A DNA stretch of 64,000 bases. It comes from Eledone cirrhosa (Eukaryota). Below are positions 11,700-26,298 of this stretch, one piece after another. The position numbers and the translations under genes are program-made. Within the stretch, counting starts at the first letter, position 1, and every line of letters begins with the position of its first letter. The notes under the pieces were generated by a model that made no database searches, was not told the origin of the DNA, and saw only the letters and a program-made list of their open reading frames with translations. The DNA lies in assembly GCA_964016885.1 (NCBI GenBank), contig OZ024747.1, positions 5,642,001 to 5,706,000 of the forward strand, given 5' to 3'.

Positions 11700-13290
11700 A
11701 GGTGGTGATGGTGGTGTGGTGTTACTGGTGGTGGTGGTGGTGTTACTGGTGGTGGTGGTGTGGTGTTACTGGTGGTGGTGGTGTGGTGTTACTGGTGGTG
11801 GTGGTGGTGTGGTGTTACTGGTGGTGTTACTGGTGGTGATGGTGTGGTGTTACTGGTAGTGGTGGTTGTGGTGTTACTGGTGGTGGTGGTGTGGTGTTAC
11901 TGGTGGTTGTGGTGTTACTGGTGGTGGTGGTGTGGTGTTACTGGTAGTGGTGGTTGTGGTGTTACTGGTGGTGGTGGTGTGGTGTTACTGGTGGTTGTGG
12001 TGTTACTGGTGGTGGTGGTGTGGTGTTACTGGTAGTGGTGGTTGTGGTGTTACTGGTGGTGATGGTGTGGTGTTACTGGTAGTGGTGGTTGTGGTGTTAC
12101 TGGTGGTGGTGGTGTGGTGTTACTGGTGGTTGTGGTGTTACTGGTGGTGGTGGTGTGGTGTTACTGGTAGTGGTGGTTGTGGTGTTACTGGTGGTGGTGG
12201 TGTGGTGTTACTGGTAGTGGTGGTTGTGGTGTTACTGGTGGTGGTGGTGTGGTGTTACTGGTGGTTGTGGTGTTACTGGTGGTGGTGGTGTGGTGTTACT
12301 GGTAGTGGTGGTTGTGGTGTTACTGGTGGTGGTGGTGTGGTGTTACTGGTGGTGGTGGTGTGGTGTTACTGGTGGTTGTGGTGTTACTGGTGGTGGTGGT
12401 GTGGTGTTACTGGTAGTGGTGGTTGTGGTGTTACTGGTGGTGGTGGTGTGGTGTTACTGGTAGTGGTGGTTGTGGTGTTACTGGTGGTGGTGGTTGTGGT
12501 GTTACTGGTGGTGGTGGTGTGGTGTTACTGGTGGTTGTGGTGTTACTGGTGGTGGTGGTGTGGTGTTACTGGTAGTGGTGGTTGTGGTGTTACTGGTGGT
12601 GGTGGTGTGGTGTTACTGGTAGTGGTGGTTGTGGTGTTACTGGTGGTGGTGGTGGTGTTACTGGTGGTGTTACTGGTGGTGGTGTTACTGGTGGTGTTAC
12701 TGGTGGTGATGGTGTGGTGTTACTGGTAGTGGTGGTTGTGGTGTTACTGGTGGTGGTGGTGTGGTGTTACTGGTAGTGGTGGTTGTGGTGTTACTGGTGG
12801 TGGTGGTGGTGTTACTGGTGGTGGTGGTGTGGTGTTACTGGTGGTGGTGGTGGTGTTACTGGTGGTGTTACTGGTGGTGGTGTTACTGGTGGTGTTACTG
12901 GTGGTGATGGTGTGGTGTTACTGGTAGTGGTGGTTGTGGTGTTACTGGTGGTGGTGGTGTGGTGTTACTGGTGGTTGTGGTGTTACTGGTGGTGGTGGTT
13001 GTGGTGTTACTGGTGGTGGTGGTGTGGTGTTACTGGTAGTGGTGGTTGTGGTGTTACTGGTGGTGGTGGTGGTGTTACTGGTGGTGTTACTGGTGGTGGT
13101 GTTACTGGTGGTGTTACTGGTGGTGATGGTGTGGTGTTACTGGTAGTGGTGGTTGTGGTGTTACTGGTGGTGGTGGTGTGGTGTTACTGGTGGTTGTGGT
13201 GTTACTGGTGGTGGTGGTGTGGTGTTACTGGTAGTGGTGGTTGTGGTGTTACTGGTGGTGGTGGTGGTGTTACTGGTGGTGGTGGTGGGG
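11700..13290. repeat. G-rich minisatellite (GGT)n-GTGGTGTTACT
   Basis: Direct inspection. Confidence 0.95.
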
Positions 13291-13760
13291 GTGGGTTTTG
13301 TTTTTAAAGCTGACGGCCAACAACTATAAGAGACAACACGCAACATGGCGAGACAGAATTGCTAGAAAGACGTAGGAGATGGTGAGAACGAGAAAACAGC
13401 GAGAACGAGGCGATGGAAGTGTCACGTGAGTGTGGTGGGAGGTGGGGGTTATACCTGAGAAGGAGGGGATAGGGTGTTACGTGAGTGGTGTAAGGTGTGA
13501 TACACGAGGGGGTGGGGAATCTCCCTGAGAAGGAGGGGGTAGAAGTATTACGTGAGCGAGTAGTGGTGAGGTGCGAGGGGGGTTGGGTAGGTAGAGAAGG
13601 AGGGGGTGTTACGTGGAGAAGGAGGGGTGGCGGTGTTACGTGAGGAAGAGGGAGGAGGAAAGTATAAGTGAGACAAAGACGAAACAAGGAAATGTCCTCC
13701 CCGTCACCATAGTAACCAGAGAAATAGCCTTGGTGGATTTCAATGGATGAATTATTGTCA

Positions 13761-13941
13761 CAGTATCGGTAGAGGGTCGGGCGCCATGCTTTGAAGTACA
13801 GAGTTACGTCCCTTTACGATCTGAGTTCAAATCCCGCCGAGGTTAACTTTGCCTTTCATCCTTACGGGGTCGATAAAATAAAGTACCAGTAATGCACTGA
13901 GGTGATTGCTGGCCTTGTGACAAAAAGTAGAAACAATTATT
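13761..13941 (+). mobile_element. SINE, main family
   Basis: Consensus match. Confidence 0.9.
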
Positions 13942-14387
13942 AATTAGTTTTGTTGTCGACATCCCCCACTCATCAGTAGTGGTGGTGGTGGTGGTAGTAG
14001 TGGTGGTGGTGGTGGTGGTAGTGGTGGTGGTGGTGGTGGTAGAAGTAGTGGTGGTGGTGGTGGTAGTAGTGGTGGTGGAGGTGGTGGTTGTGATGGTAGC
14101 AGTAGTAGTGGTGGTGGTGGTAGCAGTAGTAGTAGTAGTAGTTGTGGTAGATTTGAAACAATCTCAACAGGCAATGTTTCACTCATACATATACACACAC
14201 GTATTACCACGCACATACACACACATACATATATATAACACATATGACTACACATTCATATATACACGCTGACACACGCTCACATATCCCAACGTATATT
14301 CATATATAAACACACACGAATATATCTTCACACAAACAAACTTTCTTTCTCAACCACTCATGGTCATACACATTCATATGTCACACA

Positions 14388-14617
14388 CACACACATCGGT
14401 GCAGACATACACACACACACACACACATCGGTGCAGACATACACACACACATCGGTGCAGACATACACACACACACATCGATGCAGACATACACACACAC
14501 ACACACACATCGGTGCAGACACACACACACATCGGTGCAGACATACACACACACATCGGTGCAGACATACACACACACATCGGTGCAGACCTACATGCAC
14601 ACACACACATCGGTTCA

Positions 14618-14620
<3 letters not shown>
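14388..14620. repeat. Minisatellite acatcggtgcagacat(ac)n
   Basis: About 9 variable-length units. Confidence 0.9.
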
Positions 14621-14660
<40 letters not shown>

Positions 14661-14741
14661 GCACTCGAACACTCCGATGCATAAGCGGAACAAACAAACT
14701 GGTCGGTGGCCATTTTTTTAATATATAATCAACTGTTTTTC

Positions 14742-14833
<92 letters not shown>

Positions 14834-15965
14834 ATGGAAGCCTTGACGTTGCTGATGACGTCGCTCATGTGATTGCCAGTCACGTGACTGTCTCGCGTTC
14901 GCACGGCCCCAGGCATCCTAAGGTATCTCTATCTGTTCAAGATAGTCGCTCATATATCATCATACACACACACACATGTACACAAACAAACACACACACA
15001 TACATGTACACGTACACATACATGTACACATACACACATGTACACATACACACACATGTACACACACACCTACACACGTACACATACACCTACACACGTA
15101 CACATACACACACACATGTACACATACACACATGCACATATAATTTATACGCTTACAGACAAACACACATGTAGACACACACTCACACACATACGCGCAC
15201 ACACATTCAGGCATATATTCACAAAATCACCCCCAATATCATAATGATGTTTTTTCTAGAAGCCAGTTTAAAGATATAGTCACAAATAAAACATCGTCTC
15301 GTAGAAACAGAAAAAGAAAAAACTAATTTATCCTGCCTATCATATCCCTGTATCTACACCAGTCCCTCAAAATATCAGATCACCAAGAAACACCTCTACA
15401 ATATAAATACTATCAATTTAAATGAAAAAACAATGTCGTCTCTGATCGAAACAAAGTGAAAATGTATTTGAATACATATAAAAATGAGAAAAGTGATCGC
15501 TGGAACAGTCATTAAAACAGCTAAAATTGTTCTACCATTCAGTTTTCTCATTTTTATATCTACTATCATTATTGCGGTGTATTGGCAGTATCAGTATAGG
15601 GTCGGGCGCCATGCTTTGACGCATAGAACTACGACCCTTGCCAAAGGTAGAAATAAATTATTTTGTAAATAAAAACGCCATTAAATTATTAAATCCGGTG
15701 CTATTAACTTTGACCAAAACTTGGCTAATTCTAAACTTGCAAAGCTGAACAAACAATACTTATTTATCTCACTATCCAATGAAATTGTATAAACCACACT
15801 ATTTCTCCTTTAGACACTAATTGTTTAGCTAAGGACAGAGTTTAGCAATGTATTCTTACCATCAAAAATACTTCTGAAAGCTACTTTAGAAATGACCTCA
15901 AGCCCTTTTAAATTTAGATATAATTCCCACACAAGCTACAACTGTGGTAATGTGTACGTGTCTGC

Positions 15966-16023
<58 letters not shown>

Positions 16024-16471
16024 GCGGAATTGTTACTGTCATGCTAAAAATCAAACTAGCCCGGGGGAATAATATAATTAATACTATTTTAATGAATTAA
16101 AATAGTTCTTTGGCTAATTATTCTGCTTGACACTAAGAATATAAGTGTAACTATGTTAGCGCTACTGCTGCGTAATACGGGCCAGTCGAGTTCGTACTAT
16201 ATGTAACTGAACATATCCAGCCGATGTTTTATTTTGTTCTGAATACAAATGAGGATCGTCAGCCAATGTTTGATACACAAAAAGCGTGGTTTCGGTACCT
16301 AGTGAATAAATATCACTAATGACTGATTAAGATCCAGAAACACATGTCTGACATATTCAATGACTACTGAAATACCCGTGACATGATCACAGCTTAAAAT
16401 ATTCATGGCAAATCTCTTGTATATTCCTAACATGTTTCTTAGTTTGTTTACGTCTTGGTGTATCAGTTTAT

Positions 16472-16515
<44 letters not shown>

Positions 16516-16555
16516 GTGAAAAAAACTGCCTCACCTGTTATCGATATCAACAGTA

Positions 16556-16635
<80 letters not shown>

Positions 16636-16998
16636 TTATTCATGCAGTTATGCATACTCACACTTGGAATTATCTGTATATTATGAATTGAGCACTCTTT
16701 TCTCAAGTGCGTATATATATGTGTGTGTGTATATATATGTGTGTGTGTGTAGAGAGAGAGAGAGAGATGATAGTAGTGAATATTTTACCATTAATGTATA
16801 TATGTGAATGCATGTGTGTGTATGTATGTATGTATATATGTATGTATTTGTATGTATATATGTATGTCTTTGTATGTATGTATATATGTATGTCTTTGTA
16901 TGTATGTATATATGCATGCCTCACCATACACACCTCTTTGTGTTTGAGTTCCTCTCTTCTCTCAGATGGGTTATAAGTGTCAATCTACCTTTAACTAA

Positions 16999-17036
<38 letters not shown>

Positions 17037-18364
17037 TCCCTCTCTTCCACTCCCCTCTCTCTCCCCATCATTTCATTACTAATTCATCGCTCACTTAGTC
17101 TACGAAACTAAGGTTTCTAGCAGGATATCTCATCTGGATGATTCAACGATGTTTATCCTATTTATCTAACTCCCAATCACAGATTCTTAATAATTTATGA
17201 ATTAACAATAAAACTGGTTTAAGGGGGAACAATACTCAAAGTTACACCTATCTATATACACTCAAGTATTAGATCGAGATTAAGATAAATAGACTGAAGC
17301 GATAGATTAGCAGAATATTTAGAATATTGGACAATATGCTTAGCGATATTTGGTTCCAGTCCGTCACGTTTGGGGTTCAAATGCCCCGTGTGTTAAAAGG
17401 GTCTCCGTTTTGACGATGCCTTACACACTCTCAGCATTGAAAAGTATCATAAATGTGTGTACACATATATGTATGCGTGCATATACAAATATATGTACAC
17501 ACACCCAGACAAACATACATACATATATAATGTTTTTTAATGCAAGATATTAACATTGTTGTACCTCTAACAATATCGATATGAGTTCCCTCTTGTGAGT
17601 ATTTTACTGCCAAATTTATATCGCGGGTTTATTGGTCAACAATAGGATATTTTAATTTATCGATACTTACATTATACATATATATATATATATATATATA
17701 TAACGTGTGTATGTGTGTGTAAAACGTAAAGAGAAATAACAGAAATGTGAAATACTGAGGAATACTCGACCACTTCCACATTAGCTCCACAACACTGCGG
17801 TTCAGTTTAGCGGAAAACTGAATGTTCATCGTCAAAGCCGACGGAGGATCTATCATATTCGTGTGTGTGTATGGATGCATGTGTATATGTGCGTGACATA
17901 ATTTCTTTATTATAATGTATTGTGTAAATATTTGAAACATTTTCACCCTTCGTAAGATAAAGCATACACACAACTCATTCACATGTATACACATACACAC
18001 ACAGATACTCACACACATACACAGAAACACACACGTGTATATATATGTATATATTTATTTTTATATATGTATGTATATATATATATATATATATATAAGA
18101 CAGGCCTAGAGATGGGCAACTCTCCTGATCATATTTCATCTTATCTTTGATCCTGTTTGTTGACACTAAAACAATAAATATTGATGTGCAGAGTCGGACA
18201 TATTCCAGTGTGTATAATATTGTTAAAAGCCTGGTGTTCTTCTGATTATACATAAATGCAGGAACAAGATACATATATAAATATTACATGCATTAGGTAA
18301 CATTTATATATACACAAGTAGTGTAAGTCAACAGGTTAGAATTAAATTCGTTTAATCATATTCT

Positions 18365-18421
18365 CTGCAATACGTATTTCGGTGATAACCATTATTCAAC
18401 AGCTATGACCTCCTCAGGCAA
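18365..18421 (-). ncRNA. Minimal type I hammerhead ribozyme with palindromic stem III
   Basis: ttgc-CTGAGGA-ggtcatagct..ggttatcacc-GAAA-tacgta-TT-gcag; AATACGTATT palindrome. Confidence 0.75.
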
Positions 18422-18704
18422 CTAAAACTTGAACAGAAAAACTGGAGAAAACAAAAAAACATAATGGTGGAACAAAGTTTATGTCGCTAGTTCATTGATA
18501 TGCCCAGTATGTATATGTATGTATATGAGGGTGTATATAGAGAGGGATAGTGCAGCATGACCGAATGCTTAAGAAATTTACTTGACAACAAAAGAGACGC
18601 CAGTTTTCACTCCAGATGACAATCAACAGAATTCAGAGTAGCAACAGACAGTGTACCCACTTATTTGGTACTGGGTACATTTCCTCCTGTTTGTAAATCC
18701 AAAC

Positions 18705-18744
<40 letters not shown>

Positions 18745-18876
18745 GGAATTAGCCGTCGAAACGGCTTGAGCTCAGCCGTCGGGGTCCTACTCGTTCCTAT
18801 TACCCACTCTACTACCCTAAGTATTGAGAACCTTGGTGCGTTATGGTCCACCTGGTTCCTTACTACATTTCCTTCG

Positions 18877-18916
<40 letters not shown>

Positions 18917-18929
18917 GTATATATATATA

Positions 18930-19108
18930 ATAGTAGACCACTGTAGGGTTATATCCATAGCAGTAGAGCACTAGTCCATGGAACGTTATTTGGTAGAAGT
19001 AGTTCCACAACAATTAGTTCGCCATACCGAGAATAAATGTTTCACCTTACTTGGGAGGATCCGAAAAAGGTGACACATTGGTATGGCGAACTAGTTGTTG
19101 TGTAACTA

Positions 19109-19111
<3 letters not shown>
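18930..19111 (-). mobile_element. TA-flanked fold-back element with only a 3' half-hammerhead
   Basis: Arms spanning about 18997-19111, centred on a cacctt..aaggtg hairpin next to GAAAC..GTA on the minus strand. Confidence 0.6.
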
Positions 19112-19196
<85 letters not shown>

Positions 19197-19201
<5 letters not shown>

Positions 19202-19420
19202 CAAATAGTAAAAACAATGAAATTAAACAAAATACGGGTTATGAATTACTCGTATTTTGTTTTATTTCATTGTTTTCACTATTTGTATTATTTTGACTCT
19301 GCTTCCAATGAATTACATCGTTGAAATTTTGTATTTTAAACTTTGCTTCACGACATCTATATATGGATCACATTGAGTTCTTCATACGGCTTGGACCCTA
19401 CCATTAATTGGACCCTACAA
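19197..19420 (+). mobile_element. Collapsed fold-back PLE-like end
   Basis: Hairpin 19197-19290, then a tail homologous to 150-290 (minus); (TA)n flanks. Confidence 0.65.
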
Positions 19421-19551
19421 TTAATATATATATATATAAGAAAAAAACGAGGAAGTTTCGTTTACATTTATTTATGTTGTTTGTCGAGTGTCGAGCTCTT
19501 ACTCGTATTTCTAAGAGGATTGACTCAAGGGCACCAATACTACAGAAACAT

Positions 19552-19585
<34 letters not shown>

Positions 19586-20083
19586 GCTATGTATGTGTGG
19601 GAGTAACAAACACTAAACATGCATCGAATGAAGGGTCTATATACTATAACTAGGATCTACAGTATATTTGTTAATAAGATTTCGCCGAGGTTACAGAAGG
19701 CCCTGAATTCGGGGTTTTTGGTGTGTGTGTTTGTCTGTATGTTTGTGTATATACGCGTGCATATATGTGTATATACATACGTACACACACTCTCTTTACT
19801 GACATTAAAGTAATTGAACATTCACCGAGAGTTTAAAGTAACTACACAGTTGAGAAATAACTGTAAAAAGAATACTAAATATAAAAACAATGAAATTCCT
19901 TTAACAAAACCCCTTAAGTTGTGAAGTACAGAATGTTTGTGAGACAGGGGGGGCATGTAGGGATACGAGGGGGTGTTAAGGGACAAAGGGGACCAACAAA
20001 AACAAACAGATTAAATAACAAAGCTCCCTATAGATTTTGTTCTCATTCCCTATCTTCCTCTGTCTTTATCTCTCTTTCACATC

Positions 20084-20125
<42 letters not shown>

Positions 20126-20688
20126 CCTCCCTCTCCCCCTCTCTCTCCCCCTCCCTCCCTCTCCCCCTCTCTCTCCCCCCTCTCTCTCTGTAATTAAGCA
20201 TGACATGCGATTTCCGGTCCCACATAGGTAAATATATACTCCCCTATCTCTCTATCTAATCTAATCTATCCATCTATCCATCTATCTGGCTTTCTTTCTA
20301 TTTATCTATCTATTTATCTATCTCTCTGTCTGCCTAGGTGTGTGTGTCTCGCTCTCTCTCTATATATATTCATAGGTGTGTGTGTGTGTTTATATATATG
20401 TGTGTGTATGTATGTATGTATATATATATATATATATATATATACACGATGACAGAATCAGTTGATAAACGACCGTGATTTGCGGAGAGAATGCAATTAA
20501 AATAGATTCTAATAAAAGGCAGAGGAAGCTGTTTGTGTTTTTGTGCTTATAGATGTGTGTGTGTGGGGGGGGGGGGGGGGGGGCAGTTGTGTGTACCAAA
20601 GACACAGGACACTCGAGACACCCTGCAATCCCCCACAAGCGCAGAAGTGGCCATGATGGCAGACGGACAAACATTGATCGTGAGAGCG

Positions 20689-20729
<41 letters not shown>

Positions 20730-20894
20730 AGAGAAAGAGAGGAGGATAGAGATAGATAAGTGAACAAAAGGAAGAAGGAAAGATTTGTGTGCCGACATTT
20801 TCATGGAACTGACAAAAATTTGAAAGGACATTGAACAAAAGAGCAGGTAATTGAAAATAGAGAATAAGTAGTAGTAGTAGTGGTAGTAGTAGTT

Positions 20895-20927
<33 letters not shown>

Positions 20928-22759
20928 AAATAAATATGGATACATAAAATATACTAACAGGTGATTTTAACGATAATTATCAAAGTTCCTATATATATAT
21001 ATATATATATACTAGCAGAGTACACGTAAAATTGATGAGGTGTATAATAAAATAAAAAATGTTTATTTTAATAATTCATTGATTCCAAGGGGTCCCGACT
21101 CTCTCTGGTATATATAAAGTCGCAATACATAAAAAAAATAATTGTTTTATAAGAAACAATTTATTCAAAATAAATAAATATCGAAACTTAAACATTTCCT
21201 ATGTATTGCGACTTTTGGGCCTCCCTGCTATTTTAATAAACGAAGAAAGTGTGGTAAGGAACCAGGTGGACCATAACGCACCTGAGTACTCGATACCTAG
21301 GGTAGTAGAGTGGGTAATAGGGAAAGAGTCAGGACCCCGACGGCTGAGCTCCGGCCGTTTCGACAGCTAGATCTGACACTACTGGGTTAGTCGAAATAGC
21401 CGAAGATCAGCCGCCGGGGTCCTGACTCTTTTCCTATATATATATATATATATATATTCCCCAAACGCCATTTAAGCGTGTCGCTTATATATCAATCGGT
21501 ATACTGTAACATCGACAGCAAATAAAGGAGCATTATTTTATGACGAACAATAAAAATTACAGAAAAACGTAGAAAACATTTCCACCATTTTAACTCTATT
21601 GAATTAGAAAATAAAACAGTGATTGTTAAAATATCAGTTAAGAACATTTTGTATCAGTTTTGGTATAATTTATCCTGGATAAAGGAGAGGAAAAGTGAGT
21701 TTTATGAAGGTGTTTACTTTTGTTACATTTGTTGCTGATGGTGGTGGTGGTGGTTGTGGACTGATGGTGGTGATGGTGCTGATGGTAGTGGTGGTGGTGT
21801 GCTGATGGTAGTGGTGGTGGTGTGGTGATAGTGGTGGTGTGCTGATGGTAGTGGTGGTGTGCTGATGGTGGTGGTGGTGGTTGTGGGCTGATGGTGGTGA
21901 TGGTGCTGATGGTAGTGGTGGTGATGGTGCTGATGGTAGTGGTGGTGGTGTGCTGATGGTGGTAGTGGTGGTGTGCTGATGGTGGTAGTGGTGGTGTGCT
22001 GATGGTGGTAGTGGTGGTGTGCTGATGGTAGTGGTCTCTAGGGTTCAGGTATAGGACTACATTATAGGGTATAGCCCTCATTAGGGCTTTTTAGTTTTAG
22101 GATGGTTAGAAATTTTTAATTTAATACGTGTATATATAACTTTTCTATTCCAATTACTTATGTAAAGTTGGCCGGGTTTGCTGTGTATTCTAATGTTTTG
22201 TGTGTGAGGAGCCCTCCAAACCTGAAGTGCCCCCGTGTCCCCCTACACTGAATACGGATATATCTTTCATAATAAACTTGTAGTTATCCGAATCTTATCG
22301 ATCATTGGAGAACTTGTTGCTGTGGCTGCTACGTCTTATGCTTCTGTTGTTATTTTTGTTATTGTTTTTGTTATTAGTCATTCTCGAGCCGAACTGTTAT
22401 CAAACTCGTTCCTTCCTCTAGGTTAGCAGTTGGCAAAATATGAACTACGGCCCACAAGTGAGCAATTGAGTTATTTTCTGTGGGTATCGGATCTTATTCA
22501 AATATTTATATGTAAGATACGCTATACACGTGGGTTATGACCAAGACTAAAAAAAAAAAAAGCTGCTGCTTTCCACTCTGGATATTTAACAGAACGGCTA
22601 TAACTGCAATTATTAATACAAGAGAAATTTCACAACGACATCTCGAGGGTACAATTTGAGGATTCCAGCGGAGGAAATTGTTTTTTAAATTGAATAATTA
22701 TTTATCATCCTTATTTCTTATCTAAAACTTCATTTATTTATTCAATATTTATTTATGTC

Positions 22760-22942
22760 GTGGATTGACAGTATCGGTAGAGGGTCAGATGCCATGCTCT
22801 CCAGCATAGTTACGTCACTTTATGATCTGAGTTCAAATCCCGTCGAGGTTAACTTTGCCTTTCATCCTTACGGGGTCGATAAAATAAAGTACCAGTAATG
22901 TACTGAGATAATTGCTGGCCTTGTGCCAAAAGTAGAAACAAA
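22760..22942 (+). mobile_element. SINE, main family
   Basis: Consensus match; TSD aatatttatttatgtcgt. Confidence 0.9.
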
Positions 22943-23154
22943 TATTTATTTATGTCGTAGATTTATGTTCCTTAATATTTGTTTTGATGTGTGTTAATGT
23001 TAAGTTAATATAAGAACTTGTTAATATTATAAATTGTTGTATACAAGACTAGCATTGTTCTTATCTGTAGAGAGGGGAGTGGTATGGTTAGCTTGTGGTA
23101 TAGGGAAACACAAACATTAAAGCATAACGTTTTAGAAACACCGCAATGCATAAA

Positions 23155-23455
23155 AGATAGACTGTGACCTCTGACTTGATATACAGTAGTTTATCATATG
23201 ACATGCAGTTAATAGCTGTGACCTCTGACCTGATATACAGTAGTTTATCGTATGAGATGATGTAATAGACTGTGACCCCTGACCTAACATGCAGTAGTTT
23301 ATCATATGAGATGCAGTGAGATACTGTGACCCCTGCCCCAACATGCAGTAGTTTATCATATGAGATGCAGTAAGTTTATCGTATGAGATGCAGTGTGATA
23401 CTGTGACCTCTGGCTTAACATGCAGTAAGTTTATCGTATGACATGCAGTGTGATA
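23155..23455. repeat. Degenerate 54-bp tandem repeat, about 5 units
   Basis: ctgtgacc recurs at 23162, 23216, 23270 and 23324. Confidence 0.85.
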
Positions 23456-23744
23456 GGCAGCGAAAATACCGAAAACGAATAAAGGGAAAAATGATATAAA
23501 AACACAAGTGTTTTATTTTTAAATATAAAAGGTGGGAGTTGAAAAATAACAGCAAAACAAACAGAAAATAAGTGAACAAAAGAATACTGTAGTTACATGG
23601 AAGGTGGTGACAGCAGCAGCAGCGGTCTCTTTCCCGCCACCATAGTAATTTCCGGTCCTGTCGCTATTACTTCCGGTGTCTTCTGTAATGCCTGTCAAAG
23701 CAATGTCGTGTACGGATAGAAATCACACGCAGACTGTCATGTTG

Positions 23745-24570
23745 TTGGGTAGCTGGCTGGCTTGCTGATTGGAGGGTTGGCTGGTTGGCTGGTTGGCTAG
23801 AGGGCGAGATGGTTGGTTGGCTGGCTGGTTGGTTGGCTGGCTGGTTGGTTGGTTGGAGGGCGAGATGGCTGGTTGGATGGCTGGCTGGGGGGAGAGATGG
23901 CTGGTTGGCTGGTGGGAGAGATGGTTGGTTGGTTGGTTGGTTGGTTGGTTAGTTGGAGGGCGAGATGGCTGGTTGGCTGGCTGGTTGGTTGGCTGGAGAG
24001 ATAGATGGCTGGTTGGCTGGGGAGATAGATGGCTGGTTGGCTGGAGGGAGAGATGGTTGGCTGGTTGGTTGGCTGGGGGGAGAGATGGTTGGCTGGTTGG
24101 TTGGTTGGAGGGCGAGATGGCTGGTTGGATGGCTGGCTGGGGGAGAGATGGCTGGTTGGCTGGAGGGAGAGATGGTTGGCTGGCTGGCTGGTTGGTTGGT
24201 TGGATGGCTGGCTGGTAGGAGGGTTGGCTGGTTGGATGGCTGGCTGGTAGGAGGGTTGGCTGGTTGGATGGCTGGCTGGTAGGAGGGTTGGCTGGTTGGT
24301 TGACTGGCTGGTTGGTTGGTTGGTTTGTTGGGGGGGGGTTGTCTGGCTGGTTTGCTGGTTGGTTGGTTGGTGGTTGGCTGGTTGGTTGGTTGGTGGTTGG
24401 CTGGTTGGTTGGTTGGTGGTTGGCTGGTTGGTTAGTTGCTTTGCTGGTTGATTTGCTGGGGGGGGGGGGGGTTAGTTAGTCGATTTGCTGGTTGGCTGGT
24501 GGTTTTGCAGGCTGGCTGGCTGGTTGGCTGGTTGATTAGTTTGTTGACTGACTGGCTGGCTGGATGGTTG
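23745..24570. repeat. (GGCT/GGTT)n-derived G-rich repeat
   Basis: Direct inspection. Confidence 0.9.
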
Positions 24571-24859
24571 GTCTGTTGTTCCGTTAATAAAGTTTATCCG
24601 GATTGTTGCTGCTACAGTCCATGTTGTGGCTATTATTGAGATTGTTGTCGTTGTTGTTATACTTTGAAATGTGCATAACAGGATGATGTTTGAAATACAC
24701 TGATGTTGAATATTTGATACCGTCTCTTCTTTTTCTTAATATATATATATATGGAAAGAGAGAGAGGAAGAGAGAGAGATGTGTAGATATATATCTGTGT
24801 GTGTGTGTGTGTGTGTGGATAGAGAAAGGTGGGGGATACACACACACACACACACACAT

Positions 24860-24890
<31 letters not shown>

Positions 24891-25020
24891 CATACATACA
24901 TACACATTCATATATGCGTGTGTATGTGTCTGTTTGCATGTATTTATAAACACATCTCACACACATAGATGCGTATATTCATTCAAGTAAGAATGCATAT
25001 TTATTCAAGTTTGTTTATAG

Positions 25021-25074
<54 letters not shown>

Positions 25075-25486
25075 TGTGTGTGTGTCTACGTTAGTTTGTA
25101 TTTATCTATGTGTGTGAGCATGTGTTTCACTGAGTGTATTTAGGTGACAACATCTGGTTAAATCAGCGACATGTTGAAAACATTATCGTCTGCTTTATAC
25201 ATTAGTCTCTTCTTTAAAACTTTTCAAGTGATCTGATTATTTTCCTGTTGCCAGAGCTTAGGCTCTATTAAAGTGGGACTGTCGAGGTTAAGGCAGACCC
25301 AACACAATCGTACTTCGAGTGCAAGGTAAGTAACGAAGAGAAAATAGTACAAGTTTTTTCAAATACGTCCCGGGATCTCCTTCCTTAAATAAACAACTAA
25401 CAGGAAATAAATGTCAATTTATATATATATACTTTTTATTTTATTATATTTTATATAACCGCATTACGTCGGCACTTAAACACATT

Positions 25487-25539
<53 letters not shown>

Positions 25540-25590
25540 AAGCGTGAAAGAGGGAGAGAATTGCAGAGAATATAGTGAAGAGGGAAAGAG

Positions 25591-25635
<45 letters not shown>

Positions 25636-26298
25636 AAACAGTGAGGGCATGGAGATCAGAAAAAGAGTTGAAAGATAAATATAGGGCAAACGAGGGAGAA
25701 AAAGAAAGAGGGTGGGTTGACATAGAAAGAGGGGGCAGAGAGAGAAGCAAAGAGCGCAGAGAGAGAGAGAGGTGACAGGGTAGAAAGTATTACATACAAC
25801 CCATGTGACTCACAGAAGCCAATATTTGTTTTATATTTATTTTCTTTACTTATTGGATTTAGTGGGAGTTTTTTTTTCTTGTTTTTCTTTTCATTCTTAC
25901 ATGGGCTTGGTAGCTTTGATGGGTTGTTGAGTTTTCCGTCGCTGCTTTGGTTACCCCGATAACCTCTCCTACAGAAAACCTGAGACTCACTGTTTGAATG
26001 AGACTGAAGTTTTTCTTCTTTTTTTATGTTAATGTTGTCTAGTTGACGTTTTTAGTGCGTCTATCTATACTATCTACAGAGTGTGTGTAGCCCCCTATTT
26101 TGTCGGCTTTCCACTCTAGAAGGACGTAGAGATATGGTTTGTATATAAGATAGGACTTTAGGTACACATAATCTGATATGCCTATGTACACTAGAATTAT
26201 CTTGCAGACGCTACATGATCGAATGGTTAAAGATTTCGCTTCACAATCGTAAGATCTCAGGTACGATCACATCACGTCTCTCCGTCTAACATTAGTAA

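Noticed and set aside
16250-16360. Hairpin with GAAAC and CTGA-like words
   Set aside because: The motifs do not assemble into a hammerhead topology on either strand.
21010-21240. Helitron-like fragment (actagcag start, internal inverted repeat)
   Set aside because: Termini too degenerate to classify from one copy.
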